Of a stretch of 64,000 nucleotides of DNA, positions 25,533 through 37,889 are shown in pieces. Positions within the stretch are counted from its first letter, which is position 1. Every line of letters starts with the position of its first letter. A program made the position numbers and the translations under genes. Source of the stretch: Camelus ferus (lineage: Eukaryota). The DNA is taken from contig NC_045697.1 of the NCBI RefSeq assembly GCF_009834535.1, forward strand, positions 70,930,001 to 70,994,000. The letters are read 5' to 3'. The notes under the pieces were generated by a model. The model saw nothing but the letters and a program-made list of their open reading frames with translations, had not been told where the DNA came from and searched no databases.

Positions 25533-25760
25533 CCTTGGCAATATATATATACAGTTTAAAATGTACATGACTTTAAGGCAACAATTCCATTTCTAGTAAT
25601 TTGTCCTACAGAAATACTGATTCAAGTGTGTGTGTGATGTGTATATAAAGGTTTTCTTTGTTATATCATTTTTAATACTAAAAACAGAATGATACTAAAT
25701 GTTCAAAAATCGAAGATTTGTTAAATAAATGACACCTTCATTCAACTGAATTTTATACAT
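25533..25760 (+). mobile_element. L1ME-type ORF2 3' fragment
   Basis: ttggcaatata...caattccatttctagtaatttgtcctacagaaatact...ctaaatgttca...gttaaataaat. Confidence 0.7.
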
Positions 25761-27224
25761 CCTGACTTGTAAATACATCCATGATACACCATTACTATTA
25801 CATTAAAATATGTATAAAATATGGAATAATCTGTGTTAGGATGGCCACATTTTTAGGTATATAAATGCGTGTTGCAGGGGCAAATCATTCTGAATAGAAC
25901 TTAGAGAGGTTTTTTCAACCTTTCTTTTTATCTCCCCTCTTTCTCCCAGTTCTTGTCATATCTTATTAAGGGGGAGTGGTCTTTGGTGAGATATAATAAA
26001 AAAAAAAGTGAGACTTCCATAACATAACACACAAGTATTTGCCAAGCAAGCTCATCAACATTAGCCACAAAAAATGCTGGTTTCGGCTTGTGCCTATTTC
26101 ACTCTGACGCTTCAGGATTTCCAGCTTTGCAGAATTCAGGAGCCAAGAGGCAAACCCTGTCCTCCTTCTCTAGGTGATGCCCAGGCACTTGAGCATGAAG
26201 GTTTTTAATAATAGGGAAGTAACAGGGATGACCAGAGGCTAGTGGAAGCGGAGGAGGAGAAGTGTACCAGACAGAGGCAGAGTGTCTGTGGCTACAAAGT
26301 GGGATCTTTATGAACTGACAGGTGACATGAAGAAATGCTTTGCATTTGACAGAGCACATGGGATGTAGCAGACGACGGATACAGGATGGATGGACTCAGG
26401 ATTCCAGAAGTAAGTGTGTCAATAGTGGTCCACACTTCAAGGAGCTCCTGGTGTGACAAAGTGGTAAGATCTATGTTTACGTGTATAGTTGCATATGCAA
26501 AAGAAAATCTTAAAATCTACAAGCCAAGCTGTTAGCAGTGATTGTTTTTGTGAAGAGGGCAGTTTAACTCTGGTTGGGAAGGGCAAATGTTAGTGGGATA
26601 CAGACCTTAAGGAAATGATGATACAAAGGAGGGAAATTCATGAACTTCTGCATTGTTTCCTTGGTGTATAACCATCACCTTCCATAATTTTAAAATGAAG
26701 GGAGAATTTTTAAAAGAGCTCAGCCGAACTCTACCTCGCTCGTCCACAAACTAGGCGTGAGCAGGAGAAAGAGGCCCGAGTGCCAGCTTCAGTTTCCTGA
26801 GGGTGAGACATTTGCCATTACAGTTACCCCAAAATTCAGAGTGAAATGGTTCTGAAATCTTACTAGAAAAGCAATTGTTCGATTCTCCTGGAAATGATCA
26901 TTTAGCTGTGCAAACAAGTAAAACAGACATGTTTTCATGATCACTTATACAAAGAGATAAAGGACATCACACACAGCGCCCCTCCCACATCCTACACTCT
27001 CTAGAATGACTCTGCTCACTGACACAGCACTAGAATGGATATTTTCTACTACCACCTAGTTCAGTTAGCTTGAGATCTTTCAAAACAAGAAATTCTGTGA
27101 GTATCTATGGTATTCAAAGACTCCCAGCTATATAGTGAACAAGTTACTCCTTTTACGTAAATGGACTCCCAAGGTTTTCGACATTAAAGTCACAAAGATT
27201 ACCACCTCATAACGAGCTACAAGA

Positions 27225-27355
27225 CTGTATGTTCCTATTTCTACACTAGATTGAAAGTACATAGAAGACCAGATAGAGTCTTTTTTTTTTTTTTAACTTC
27301 CTATAGCACTAAGTAGAGTGCATTGCCAAAAAGAGACACAACTTCAGTTGGTGAA
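27225..27355 (+). mobile_element. L2 3' fragment
   Basis: cactagattgaaagtac...tagcactaagtagagtgc. Confidence 0.45.
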
Positions 27356-29042
27356 GACAAAATTCATCACACAGAAATGACAAGGCAACTGCTCTTGCTT
27401 GGGCTTTTTGTACGTACATTTTTAAGTCTGGCCACTGATGAAGTGTAATATTTCAGTTCTTCTGTTCATCCAGCACCTGCTTTTTGGAAGCCTAATTTAT
27501 GAGGACACCTACTGCAAAGTGGGGAAAAGGAGAAGGGGTAAAAACTCAACCAACAAATTTGGTTTTTATAAATAACTCTATAGGAATGCTGGCTGAGGAT
27601 TATGTGTTTAATGCATGGCCCGCGTGATCCCTGCTCATCAAACCGCGGCTGAACAAGGCTCGGCTAGCCTCAGCATTGTCAGTCCTCTTAAGACCTCTTT
27701 CCTAGTTTCAGCTGGAAACGCCCCTGATGGTGACCCAACAAATAAGCAAGTACCAGATCATCAAAACCACAGGAAAATTACCTCATGGTGATTATTTGCT
27801 CTTAAAATATTGAAAGAATGCGTATCAGATACTTAGTTTGAAAAATACTTCAAAAAGTTTGAAATTTACACATCTATGAAACAGCTTCCCCATACATCAG
27901 CCAGAGAGCATGATTCTGAAATGAAAAAACTCATGACTGGGTGTGGGAGGAAAAAGACTAAAATTAGAGAGACCAGCAAGCTCTAATATTAGGGATTTAT
28001 TCTGAAAATGCCACTTTTAATGAGAACTAACAAGGAAATTTTCTAAAAATGAATTGACTTGTTTAGTATGTTGAACTTTTGTCCTATCCTAACAGGAGAA
28101 ATAGCTGGCCTTTCCGCACATTATTTTTGAAGATGTACAGTCAGATTCAGAAAAAAGCAATATTCATCCACTTACTCATGTAGAGAAGAAAAATTAATAT
28201 TTGGTCTAAAGAGAGGAGAGACTGATCAGGACAGAGGTAGGGTGAAAATAAAGAAACCAAGAGAGATACTCTTGGTCTGTCTGTCTGTGTCTCCTAAGAC
28301 CCTCCCGAGCTTTCAGCTAAATAGTTAACACACACACAGAATTAGATATCACATCCTGCATTTAGAAGGGGTTCTGTGTCACCATGGTAACCGGTTTTGC
28401 TTAAACATAGCTCTGCATGTACGTACAATCCAAATTAGCTATGGAAGAGAGACACACACAATATTCCTGGAGCTTATATAAAATCTGCCTGTATGTTAAC
28501 ATTTTTCTGAAATGGAGTATTTGCGTTTATGTTTGTAAATGCTCTTTCTTTAAAATTTCCCTTTCTAGATAGTGTGTCTCTGAGCACTCAGTTGTTATAA
28601 TCCTGGAAGTAATATTATAGATCAAATTTCGGGTGATAATCAATATGTGAAAAGAGCAATCTGTCTGTGCTGGATTTTATCATTCAATGCTCAATACAGA
28701 GAATGAGAATGGTAAAACTGACCCCTTTTGCTTCTTACCTTTCAAATGCTATTTTATTTGGCTCATCCTTGTGGAGTATTTTGGATCATTTTTCTTGAAA
28801 GATTATCCCTAAATAGCATTCCCAGCCCCACTGACTCCTCCTTATGATAAAGCTGCTAAGAAAACAACTTAAGCAAATTCAAAGAACTTTTTAAAAGAAA
28901 GGAAGTTGCCACAGCATGGTATCCTAACTGAGAAATAGCCCCAACATTCTGCTAATAATCTTTACTTGAAGATTAAATTAAAAGAAAAGAAAAATAATTT
29001 ATGGATTGAACTCCATTGCATGACACTGTTAAAAGTATGTGA

Positions 29043-29047
<5 letters not shown>

Positions 29048-29086
<39 letters not shown>
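29048..29086. repeat. (TG)19 microsatellite
   Basis: Perfect TG run followed by cgcacgcacgcgcatgtgtgc. Confidence 0.97.
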
Positions 29087-29087
<1 letters not shown>

Positions 29088-29414
29088 CGCACGCACGCGC
29101 ATGTGTGCTTTTTCAAGGTTCTATTTCTTTCTGGGGTTTTTTTCCCTTTATTTTCTGAGAAGAGAATTAAATATGATGCACTGTGGGGGAAATTACATCA
29201 TTGGCTCTTTTACAATTTTTAGGACCACACTGATTTTTATACTAAGATGGTATAATGGTCTTAGTGTTAGTGATTTGTCTGAAGAGGGGGAAAATCAATC
29301 ATGACATTTTTCCCTCCTGAACACCAGTGAAATTAGCCTTCTGCTTTTGGCTACAGGATGTATTTTCAAAGTTTAACCAGTGGCTGTAGCTGTGTCCCTT
29401 CTATTCAAAGGAAA

Positions 29415-29625
29415 ATAGCTACCAGTTCATTGAACCCCAACTGTGTACCAGGCACTTGGTGGGAAATTTAGCATGTCATGTCATTTGATTCTCACAAAAC
29501 CTTGCAAGGTTGGTGTCATTATCTCCACTTCAAAAAAGGAAACTAGTGCTCAGAGGGGTTAAGTTATTTTCTCTACTTCATACAGCTCACAATTTGGCAA
29601 AGGTGAGATACAATGCAGATTCCAG
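29415..29625 (-). mobile_element. MIR SINE
   Basis: ctgtgtaccaggcact...catttgattctcacaaaacc...ggaaactagtgctcagaggggttaagt. Confidence 0.8.
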
Positions 29626-31099
29626 GATGCACTTGGTCAGAAGATACTCAGCTCATTTCTAAGGATGCTGCTACTTAGTCTCAGCAGATAAGCACTCACC
29701 CCCTTTGGGTACAGCTGCCTGGGCCATATGTGTGCGTTAGGACTCTCATCCACTGCCATCCGCCTGGAGTACCACTGGGAGGCTGTGGCAGGCCGAACCC
29801 AACATCAGACCTTCACGTTGTTACCATCGGCTTGCTTTGAGCGGGGGTCTTCATGCCTATGAGGAAATGAATATGTAACACTTTCTTCCCCAGACCATCA
29901 AGACCAGATTGTGCTGAAGTATTTCTGGAAAGCTGTCTAATGACATGCAATGTCTTGGCCTCCATACGCGGTGAGAGGAAGAAAGACAGTGGTTCAGTGC
30001 AAGTGTCTCAGAGCAAGTCAGTAACAGCAGTGCCTGGGGAAATGGAGGCGGTGGAACAGGCCCGTGCCCTGACCTCACGTGCTCTAGGGGCAGAGGAGTG
30101 GGGAGAAGCTGTCGTCAGCCATTCCAGAAGGGTAGGCACCTAGTGAGAGTGGCCCGAGAGGGGTGAAGGACTACAGTCTGTCTCCCCCGAGGAGGGGGCA
30201 AGAATAGCCTTTCATGCCCCCGATGTGATGGAGACATAGGAGGAAGGTGGGGGTCGCGGGTCCTTGAATGCCAGAGCCGGAGATGACCTTTCAGAAAGTC
30301 TCATCCAGTGGCTTTCGCAGTTCTTCCGCAGTACCCCAAAGACAACCAACAGGGGCGGGCCTGAGGGAGCCTCACAGGCAAGGCTTCTGCTTGTGCATCC
30401 AGCCCTGTTTTTCAACCACAGTGTTTCCATTTTTATCAGTTTATATTGCGAAGTTTCTGCACCAGATTTTATTTCATAAAAGAGACCTCTAGTTTTAAAA
30501 AGTTCAAATGAAGCAGCTGAGACTTAAGAGGCCGTCTCTTCTATGATAGTTCTTTCTTCAGCGGTGAGCAAATTGTTGGAACACATGCCTTTTGATAGCA
30601 CAAGAGTTTATGCCTGTGACGTTCTGCAGTCTCACATCCCAGCTGAGAGGAGTGGACTTCAGAGGAAATGACCATCAATGCAGTAGCTAAGGTCTGTGCT
30701 CAGTTCTACCAACGGGTCTTGCTGTCACGTGGCCTTGAGACAAATCAATGACGGAAAGCCTGTCTTTATTTTCTCTTTAAAATGAGAGCTGCAGTGTCAG
30801 CCTCCTTTAGCAGAAACAGATTCAAAGGGCGGGGGCGGCTGGCTGCTCTATCAAAAAAGGGGCAAAGGGCGAGGGCTCAAGGAAACAAAATTATATGTTA
30901 AGGAGAGTAATTTTTCATACTATTAACTCAAAGCAGGAAGCCTTAATTCAGTCACAGGATTGAAAAGATACCTGACTGAGGCCTTAACCAACCTTTTGGT
31001 TCTTTACATGAATGGGAAAAAATAATAATAATCTCTCTTTTGCAAATTAAGGTGCAAAGTTTTCCTGAGAAAACAGTTTCTATTATTTGGGACGACAGA

Positions 31100-31300
31100 A
31101 CGGTTTGGAAGGAAAAGCACCAGCTTTGGACCCAGGCATTCCTGAGTGTGACTCCAGCACTGCCAACTCCTCCTCGTGCATCAATGACCATGTGGTTTAG
31201 TTGTCGCAGGCCTCCCATTCCTCTTTGTAAATGTCTGTCAGCGGGACCCTGGCGAGGATTAGACAGGTTGCATGGGATGCAGCTGGCGTGAGTCTGACAT
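31100..31300 (+). mobile_element. MIR SINE (diverged)
   Basis: ggaaaagcaccagctttggacccagg...cctgagtgtgactccagcactgcca...tgtaaatg...gaggattag. Confidence 0.6.
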
Positions 31301-32699
31301 TATTATTGTGCAGTGTTGTTGTTGCCATTGTGATTGGACCTGAAAACAAGGATGTGGAGTGAGAGTGAGCTGACGTGTGTGATTTTTTCCACAGTGAGGA
31401 GGTTATTCTGCTTCTACAGCCGGTTTCATCTAGCAGGGAAGTTCTAACTCTTTGCTAGTGGATGTCTTGAGTACTGCGGGGAGAATTCTAAAGCTTCTCA
31501 AAAGGGAAAGAAGTATTATGAGGGGAGGAACGGAGATACGGTTCCAGCAGCAGCAGCACAAATGTCAGGTATAGACGTCTCTGCTCTAGGCTAGGGAGGG
31601 GGTACAGAAAGGAAACACAGGCATCGAGCCCCAGCTTTGTGCCCAGTGCTCTAGCCGTCACTGATGGGGACGAGCGGAGGAAAATGCAGTTCCCCTCTTT
31701 CACTGCAGAGGTTTGACTTGGCACAGAACTGGCCGTTTGCAGAGCCTTGGAAGCTAGTGCGATGTCAGCTGGGAGGAAGAAAACATGGGAGAGAAAGTTC
31801 AGGGAGAAGTCGGGGAAGGAACGATCTAGGTTGGATGTGTTTATTTTGACCGGTGCCTCCTGCCATCCCTAGCATTCGGTCAGCCATGAGCTTTCATTTT
31901 ACAGGTTGAAGGCTTCTTGGTGCTGTTGTGAACTTCTGGAATAACCTTAGTGTTGGGACAAAAGTCAGTTGGAAAGTAAGCCATCCAGAAGAATATGATC
32001 TACACCAGTTTTTCTCAAGAAACCCCAGAGGTCTGGAGTCAGGGGATTCAGGGTAGCCAGAGGCCACCTGGCTGGCACTAAGGTTCAGATGGTCTAGAAA
32101 TATTGCTGTGTCAAGGAAACCAGTTACAAGGTGGGCTCTTATAGGAAAAGGGTAGAAGGGGATATGATTTGGGAAAACTTGCCTAAAGTGATGGTGCTCA
32201 TAAACACATGGAATTAGAGATTTTGTGCATTTTGAGTGCTTTTTTCCTAGAGCAACAGGCAAAGTACAGGAAAATAACACCTAGAGTAGTCACAAATTTT
32301 TTCTACTGAGAATGTTGGAAAACAATAGCTTTGTCTCCCCACGTTAGAAATCTATCAGGCTAACCATCCATCTCTCATGGATAGAAATTACAGTTTTGAA
32401 GATCTAAGCCATGTGGGCCATACTGAGAGTGTGGGCCGGCGGCGTGAGCCATGTAGGTTGATGGTACAGTTGGTCACCTTGCTTGGAACATGTCAGCCCA
32501 GCCCTTGGGTTCTCCCAGGACAGGTTGCTAATGGAATCTTGGAATTGAAACTTCTTTTCTAAAGCCTCATTTCCTAGATGTAGCCTTTTAGGCTATAATT
32601 ACTTGCTAAAGATGACATTTTTCTTTTTACAGTAAGTGGCCCAGGATGAGTATGTGAAACCACCTATTTGAATAAGTGCATCAATTTAGTATCTTGAAG

Positions 32700-32960
32700 C
32701 AAACAAGGTTAATGAATTGATGCATTCTGTGTAGTCCCCGAGCGTAATTAAATTTAAACATTACCCAGGAGGGAGTCATGTTGCTGACCGCCTTCCACAA
32801 GGACAGCCCCAGGGGAAAAGCAGCCTACAGACTAATTATTAAATCTTACCTCTTCATCAGGGAGAAACAATGGATTAACCATTTTAAATCACATTGAAAG
32901 CTCAGGGTTGCTTTGCATTTCTGTTGTAAATATTCACCCAGGGCTCAGATTTCGCTGTGC
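32700..32960. promoter_or_regulatory. Candidate developmental enhancer
   Basis: Two TAATTA, plus AACAATGG, GGATTA and TGTAAATA within ~190 bp of sequence where I recognise no repeat. Confidence 0.3.
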
Positions 32961-33427
32961 TCTTCAGAGTTAGGGTTGGTTTGTCCATAAAACAACACAG
33001 AGGAATCCTGTTGCCTATGTCCCTGTGTTTCTCCAGGCTACATCACTGTGCCTGGATACTTTTTTTTTTTAATTAATAAACAGTATTTTTTTTCTTATCT
33101 TGGGCTCCTAAGTTGATTGTGAAATTTCCATTCCCTTTCCAGTCTCTCAGTCTTGGGAGTCCCCAGAGAATGTCTGATCCATGTGTCATAAATATAGCAT
33201 TTTAAAGCTATCAGACAGATTCCACCATTTTTCTACTCTTTCACTCTGCTTTTAGATTCCTATCTGCGTATCTGCTGCCAAGGTTATTAAAATCATGGAG
33301 ACCCCATAAAGACGACTCACCATTGCTGGCGCTGGCCTGGGCGCCGTCTGCAGCTGTGGCCATCAGAGCCGTGCTGCGCCAACAATGCTGGGAGCTGAAG
33401 CCCTTGTGCTCATTCATCTTCCAAGAT

Positions 33428-33600
33428 GAGGGTTCTCGGATTTCGCAAATAAGATTACAGATAAGCAATAATAAAATAAATGTTCCATGTAAGGATGTCA
33501 TAAATATTTCATGCATATACTTACACTAAAAAAACAATTTTGTTATTTGTCTGAAATTCAAATTGAACTGAATGTTCTATAATTTTATCTGACAACCCTA
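33428..33600. mobile_element. MER53 palindromic hAT MITE
   Basis: gagggttctcggatttcgcaaataa...tgaaattcaaattgaactg...ttatctgacaacccta; 8-bp TSD-like flanks tccaagat / tctaagac (6 of 8 match). Confidence 0.85.
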
Positions 33601-33619
33601 TCTAAGACACATCAAGTGT

Positions 33620-33795
33620 GTGTTTCAGCCTCACCACAATATCATAAAGTAGTTATTATTATTGATGTGGTTGTTGTTATTGTCTCCATTTTATCAAAGA
33701 GGAAACGGAAGTTTAGCAAGGTTTTCTAACTGGTATAGCATCACCCCAGTAGTAAGTACCAAGGGGATCTGATTTCAGTCTCATGCCCTTAAATA
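33620..33795 (-). mobile_element. MIR SINE
   Basis: ctccattttatcaaagaggaaacggaagtttag...agtaagt...tctgatttcagtctcatgccctt. Confidence 0.65.
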
Positions 33796-35677
33796 CTGTC
33801 TCTGACGTGCAACCCCTGTTCTGTCCCGCTGCACATATCATGTCTCTGCTGGTAGAGTTCCATCCACGTTGTCAAAGGGGGAATATTAAAAATACAGCAC
33901 ATAGATGAGTGGAATTTTGAGTTGAGTGCCAGACCTTGGTATGTCCGCCCAAAAGTAATCTATATTTGCTATAGATTACACACCTAGGTGAAGTGGGCTT
34001 TGGTTCCAGGGAACCAGCTTACCTGAGTGTCAAAAATGTGATAAGACCTTACTTGTTTTCAATATGCATACGCTCTGGAACCTCTCTCCCTTACCCCTTT
34101 TATCAATGTGCCACAAGTGTACAGCCCAACTTCGGGCCCTCCATGCACCATCTTACCTGACAGAGGAACGGCCTCACCAGTAAAGCACCTCACCTGCTAT
34201 CTTTACCTGCCTCCTGGCCGCCTGCTCTCTTTGCCCACTTGTAACACTACCCAGAGATGGCTCTGCTGCTAATGACAGAATTTCCTACCCTTTCTTTGTC
34301 AATAACTAATGGACAGATGCACCCAGCATCTGTCCTAACCAGCTATTGGTTGTAGTCTTTTCGAATGAACCAACAGAAACAATGTTTCACACTAAAGAGG
34401 TGATTAAAATAATTTCACTATTTTGAAGTCATTCATTAGAGAGGGTGGTTTATATGCTTCTCAATAAAAAGGGACTACTTCTTTTCATCTGGTTGCATTC
34501 TGAGACACCTGCACATGTGTTAGACCCAGGATGGAACCTCTTCTAAGAAGAAATCTAAGGCGGCTGGAGCAGAGAATTCTCTTATCTGTATCTCTACTAT
34601 ATTTGACATAGTATTTATTATACTGAATCCCTTTTAGTCAATCTGTTTTGAAAACCAGTGGTGTGCTGACCTGTGTTACTATAAAACAAATCTACTTGGC
34701 AACTATAGGCTGAAAGAAGCTTTCAGTGCCTTGAGTGCTTCAAAATATAATCTGCGCGTAGTTAAAATTAAACGGGGTCTTGGGCTCTGGGAAGACTCTT
34801 TCTCCTGCAAGGATTTCCCATTTTGTGGACAGCAGTTCCCTTAGACAGATCATCTGCCTAAATAGAGCATGACCTGGGATGTAAATTTCCTTTCCAACAA
34901 AGAACATTATTTTCCCGGATAGCAGGGGCTTATCGTATTTTGGTCCAAAATAAATGAGAACAGGGTTGCAAATTAGTTTCTGGTCACTTCCGGGACCGCT
35001 GTGTTGAAAAGATTACTCAGGTTACTACATTTGGGCTCTGGAAGCAGTTTTAGGACAGATCAGCCACGTTTCTCATGGTTGCATGTTTAGAAAGAAGGAC
35101 ACACATGCCTTGTATTTAATATGCCTGTATTAGAAACATAAACTGACCACACGAGACTGGAAATTAACTTCAGATTTCTGGGATGAGAGAGAGAGAGAGA
35201 AGTATTTGTAGCTAGCAAAGGCAGCTTCAAACTAATTGACCAGGACACTGACTCAGTGGAGAAGTACCGCTGTGTCTCCCTAATACCTTACCGTCTTTAT
35301 CTGGAAGGACTTGCTAAGCACTGAATTGAGCATGTGCTTGCTCAGAGGAAAGAACCACAGCGACCTCCTCTTCAAACTGCATATGATCTTAGCCTAGGGA
35401 AATGTTATGATAGGGTATTGAAGCATGTGAAGGACTCAATGCTTTTTTCCCCTCTGTGTCATATTCTACCAAAGAGCCCCATTGTTAAATTGCTTGAACC
35501 ACCATCCCAAATTTATAAAGTTCTTAGTGGAATACTCTTTTAATCTTACTTACACTCTATTCCTAACTAGGAATCAGACATTTTTCCAGGAGTTAGCCCA
35601 TGACATAGTCAACTGACAGCCAAAAAAATCAAACTCAGATCACCACCGATAGCAAGGTAACATATTCTTTCCAATTT

Positions 35678-35697
35678 AAAAAAAAAAAAAAAAAAAA
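35678..35697. repeat. Poly(A) tract
   Basis: About 20 consecutive A. Confidence 0.9.
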
Positions 35698-36569
35698 CCC
35701 ACTCGAATTCCTGCCTGGGATTTTTTTCCCTCAGGATGAATTTTCCTGAGAAGCAACTCTGTCCTCATGCAAACAGGCTTCTCAGATAAGGCCAGACAGG
35801 TGTTAATGCCATTTAGACCCACACTGGGATCCCCGGGCAGAATTTCCATTATCAGCTGTGTGAGGCTTAGAATATATAGTCAGTTGGTTATCTGTGACTC
35901 CCTCAGGCAGCCAGAAAACAGTAGTAGGATTATACTAGCCAGGTAACTTCTAAGCAATTTCTTGAATATCCTTGAAGATTTCTAGAAAAGGACCTGGTTA
36001 ATTTCCCATTCATATGACTCCATGGATAAGACAACTCCAGCACTTCTGCAGTGCTGTGTATGATGAAGAAAATATTGTCTGCCCTTGAGTGACCCTCTGG
36101 GATGTAACAGCACCAGCACCTCGGGGAGCAACCGCACCTGATAACAGGTGTGCTGTTCTTCCCTTTAATGTTGCCTAGGGCAGGCCCAGTATTACCAGTT
36201 GAGTTGGGCATGTCTTGTATAGTGGCACTGGCCTGGAGGAACAAGAAAAGTACCAGGGAGGCTAGAGGCAGCTCAGGTTAAGGCACGAGTTCTGTGAGTC
36301 CTCTGGGCAGATTAATGTCTTGTGAGTAGACCCCAAGCTGGATCAACAACCCTAGATTTTGAGCAGTCATATTTCTCTACATCAGAAAGCAAAGGGAGTT
36401 ATAAAATTAGGTCCACATATTTGAAAAGCCGAGTATTTCCACATTTTTATTCCCCCTGTTCTTACAACAGAGACCTTGGGAGTGACAAAAGAAGTCAGAA
36501 TTAAAAGTACTATTTGCAAGGTTATGCTTTGTTGAGAGCTGCTGGGGCACAATGCAAAACTGCCCAGGA

Positions 36570-36725
36570 CAGAAAGCCTGGCCCAGCATCCACTCTGCCA
36601 CCTACAACCTCTCTGAGCTTCAGGGTCTTCAGCTGTAAGACATTAAAACAGAGCCTGCTGTACATACTTCAAGAGATCTGTAAAAATAACTTTTGTATGT
36701 CAGTGTTTTGTACATTGTAGTTTTA
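36570..36725 (+). mobile_element. MIR/MIR3 fragment
   Basis: ctctgccacct...aacctctctgagcttcag...cagctgtaa. Confidence 0.6.
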
Positions 36726-36850
36726 TAAAATATATGAAGGAGTATGATGGCTGCAATCTAAATTCATATGGTATGCTAAAATTTTAAAATAATGTTTATT
36801 TTATTTCAAACTTAGAAAGTCACTTTTAAATAGTGCAAACTGTTTTCAAG

Positions 36851-37069
36851 TTTTTAAATTGAATTACAGTCAGCTTATAATGTTGTATTAATTTCTGGTG
36901 TAGAGCATAGTGGCTCAGTTATACACATACAGATTCCTTTTCATATTCTTTTTCATTATAGGCCATTATAAGGTATTGACCATAGTCCCCTGAGCTATAC
37001 AGTAGGACCTTACTGTTAATCTATTTTATATATAGTAGTTAGTATCTACAAATCCCAAACTCCCAAATT
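36851..37069 (-). mobile_element. Cetartiodactyl (camelid-type) L1 3' tail
   Basis: aattgaattacagtcagcttataatgttgtattaatttctggtgtagagcatag...gctatacagtaggacct...aatcccaaactcccaa; same family as the 12106 copy, in antisense. Confidence 0.85.
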
Positions 37070-37889
37070 TTAATCATCAGGTGACACTGCAGAGAGAGAC
37101 ATTGTCTCTGACCCCAACAGCAAAGAAAACAGCTGGCCTTCCATTTCTTAGGCTGACCCAATTATCAAAACACGTGCAAGATATCAGGTCATACCCATGT
37201 GAGATCCATTAAATTCAAAACCTAGAAAACCAAAAAATAAAACATAAAACAAAGGAAAATATGTTCAATTCATAGAGTGAGAGAAGAAGTTTTTCCTAAA
37301 TCATGGGCTATAATGAAAGCAAGCACTGAAATAGGAGAAAAGCTCTAAAAAAAAAAAAAATCACATTCCAATAAAGCAAGAAGAGTCAACTAGTAGTCTC
37401 TCTCTGCAATACACACTATTTTATGCTATATATTTGATTAGTAATAATATGGTTTAAGAAATGACACAATACAAATGATTCCAATTCCAATCCTGAATGA
37501 CTTTCCCAAGATTATACAAGCCATATCAGGACCCAAAACCTCCTTTTTATTTGTTTTAGGCCATTGCTAGTCACCTATATAATGAAACAAATTGTTTGCT
37601 AACAAAATTTACATTTGATCTTAAATTATCCATACAGAGAAGGTAAGACTGAAAATGAAGGCAGGGAGGGATTTGAAGTTGAGAAGCTTTCATTTTCTTT
37701 TCAAAGTAATGGAAGGCCACCAGTGGGGTGTGATTTGCAGTATGTTTCAAGAAGTTTGAATCCTAAATTGTGTGTAAAGAAGGCTAAAGGAAAATAAATT
37801 GGAGATAGTTAATTATTGCAAAATAACATATTGGTGGGACAGAAAGCCAATAAACAAAGAGAAGACTATTACAATGATCCAAGGGCTAA

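Noticed and set aside
29894..29940. Acceptor-like site followed by HQDQIVLKYFWKAV, resembling the HECT-domain WFWKAV motif
   Set aside because: An in-frame TAA follows immediately and there is no other HECT-like sequence nearby.
30212..30430. Minus-strand 72-aa ORF in a GC-richer patch
   Set aside because: No recognisable homology, weak acceptor and no linking exons.
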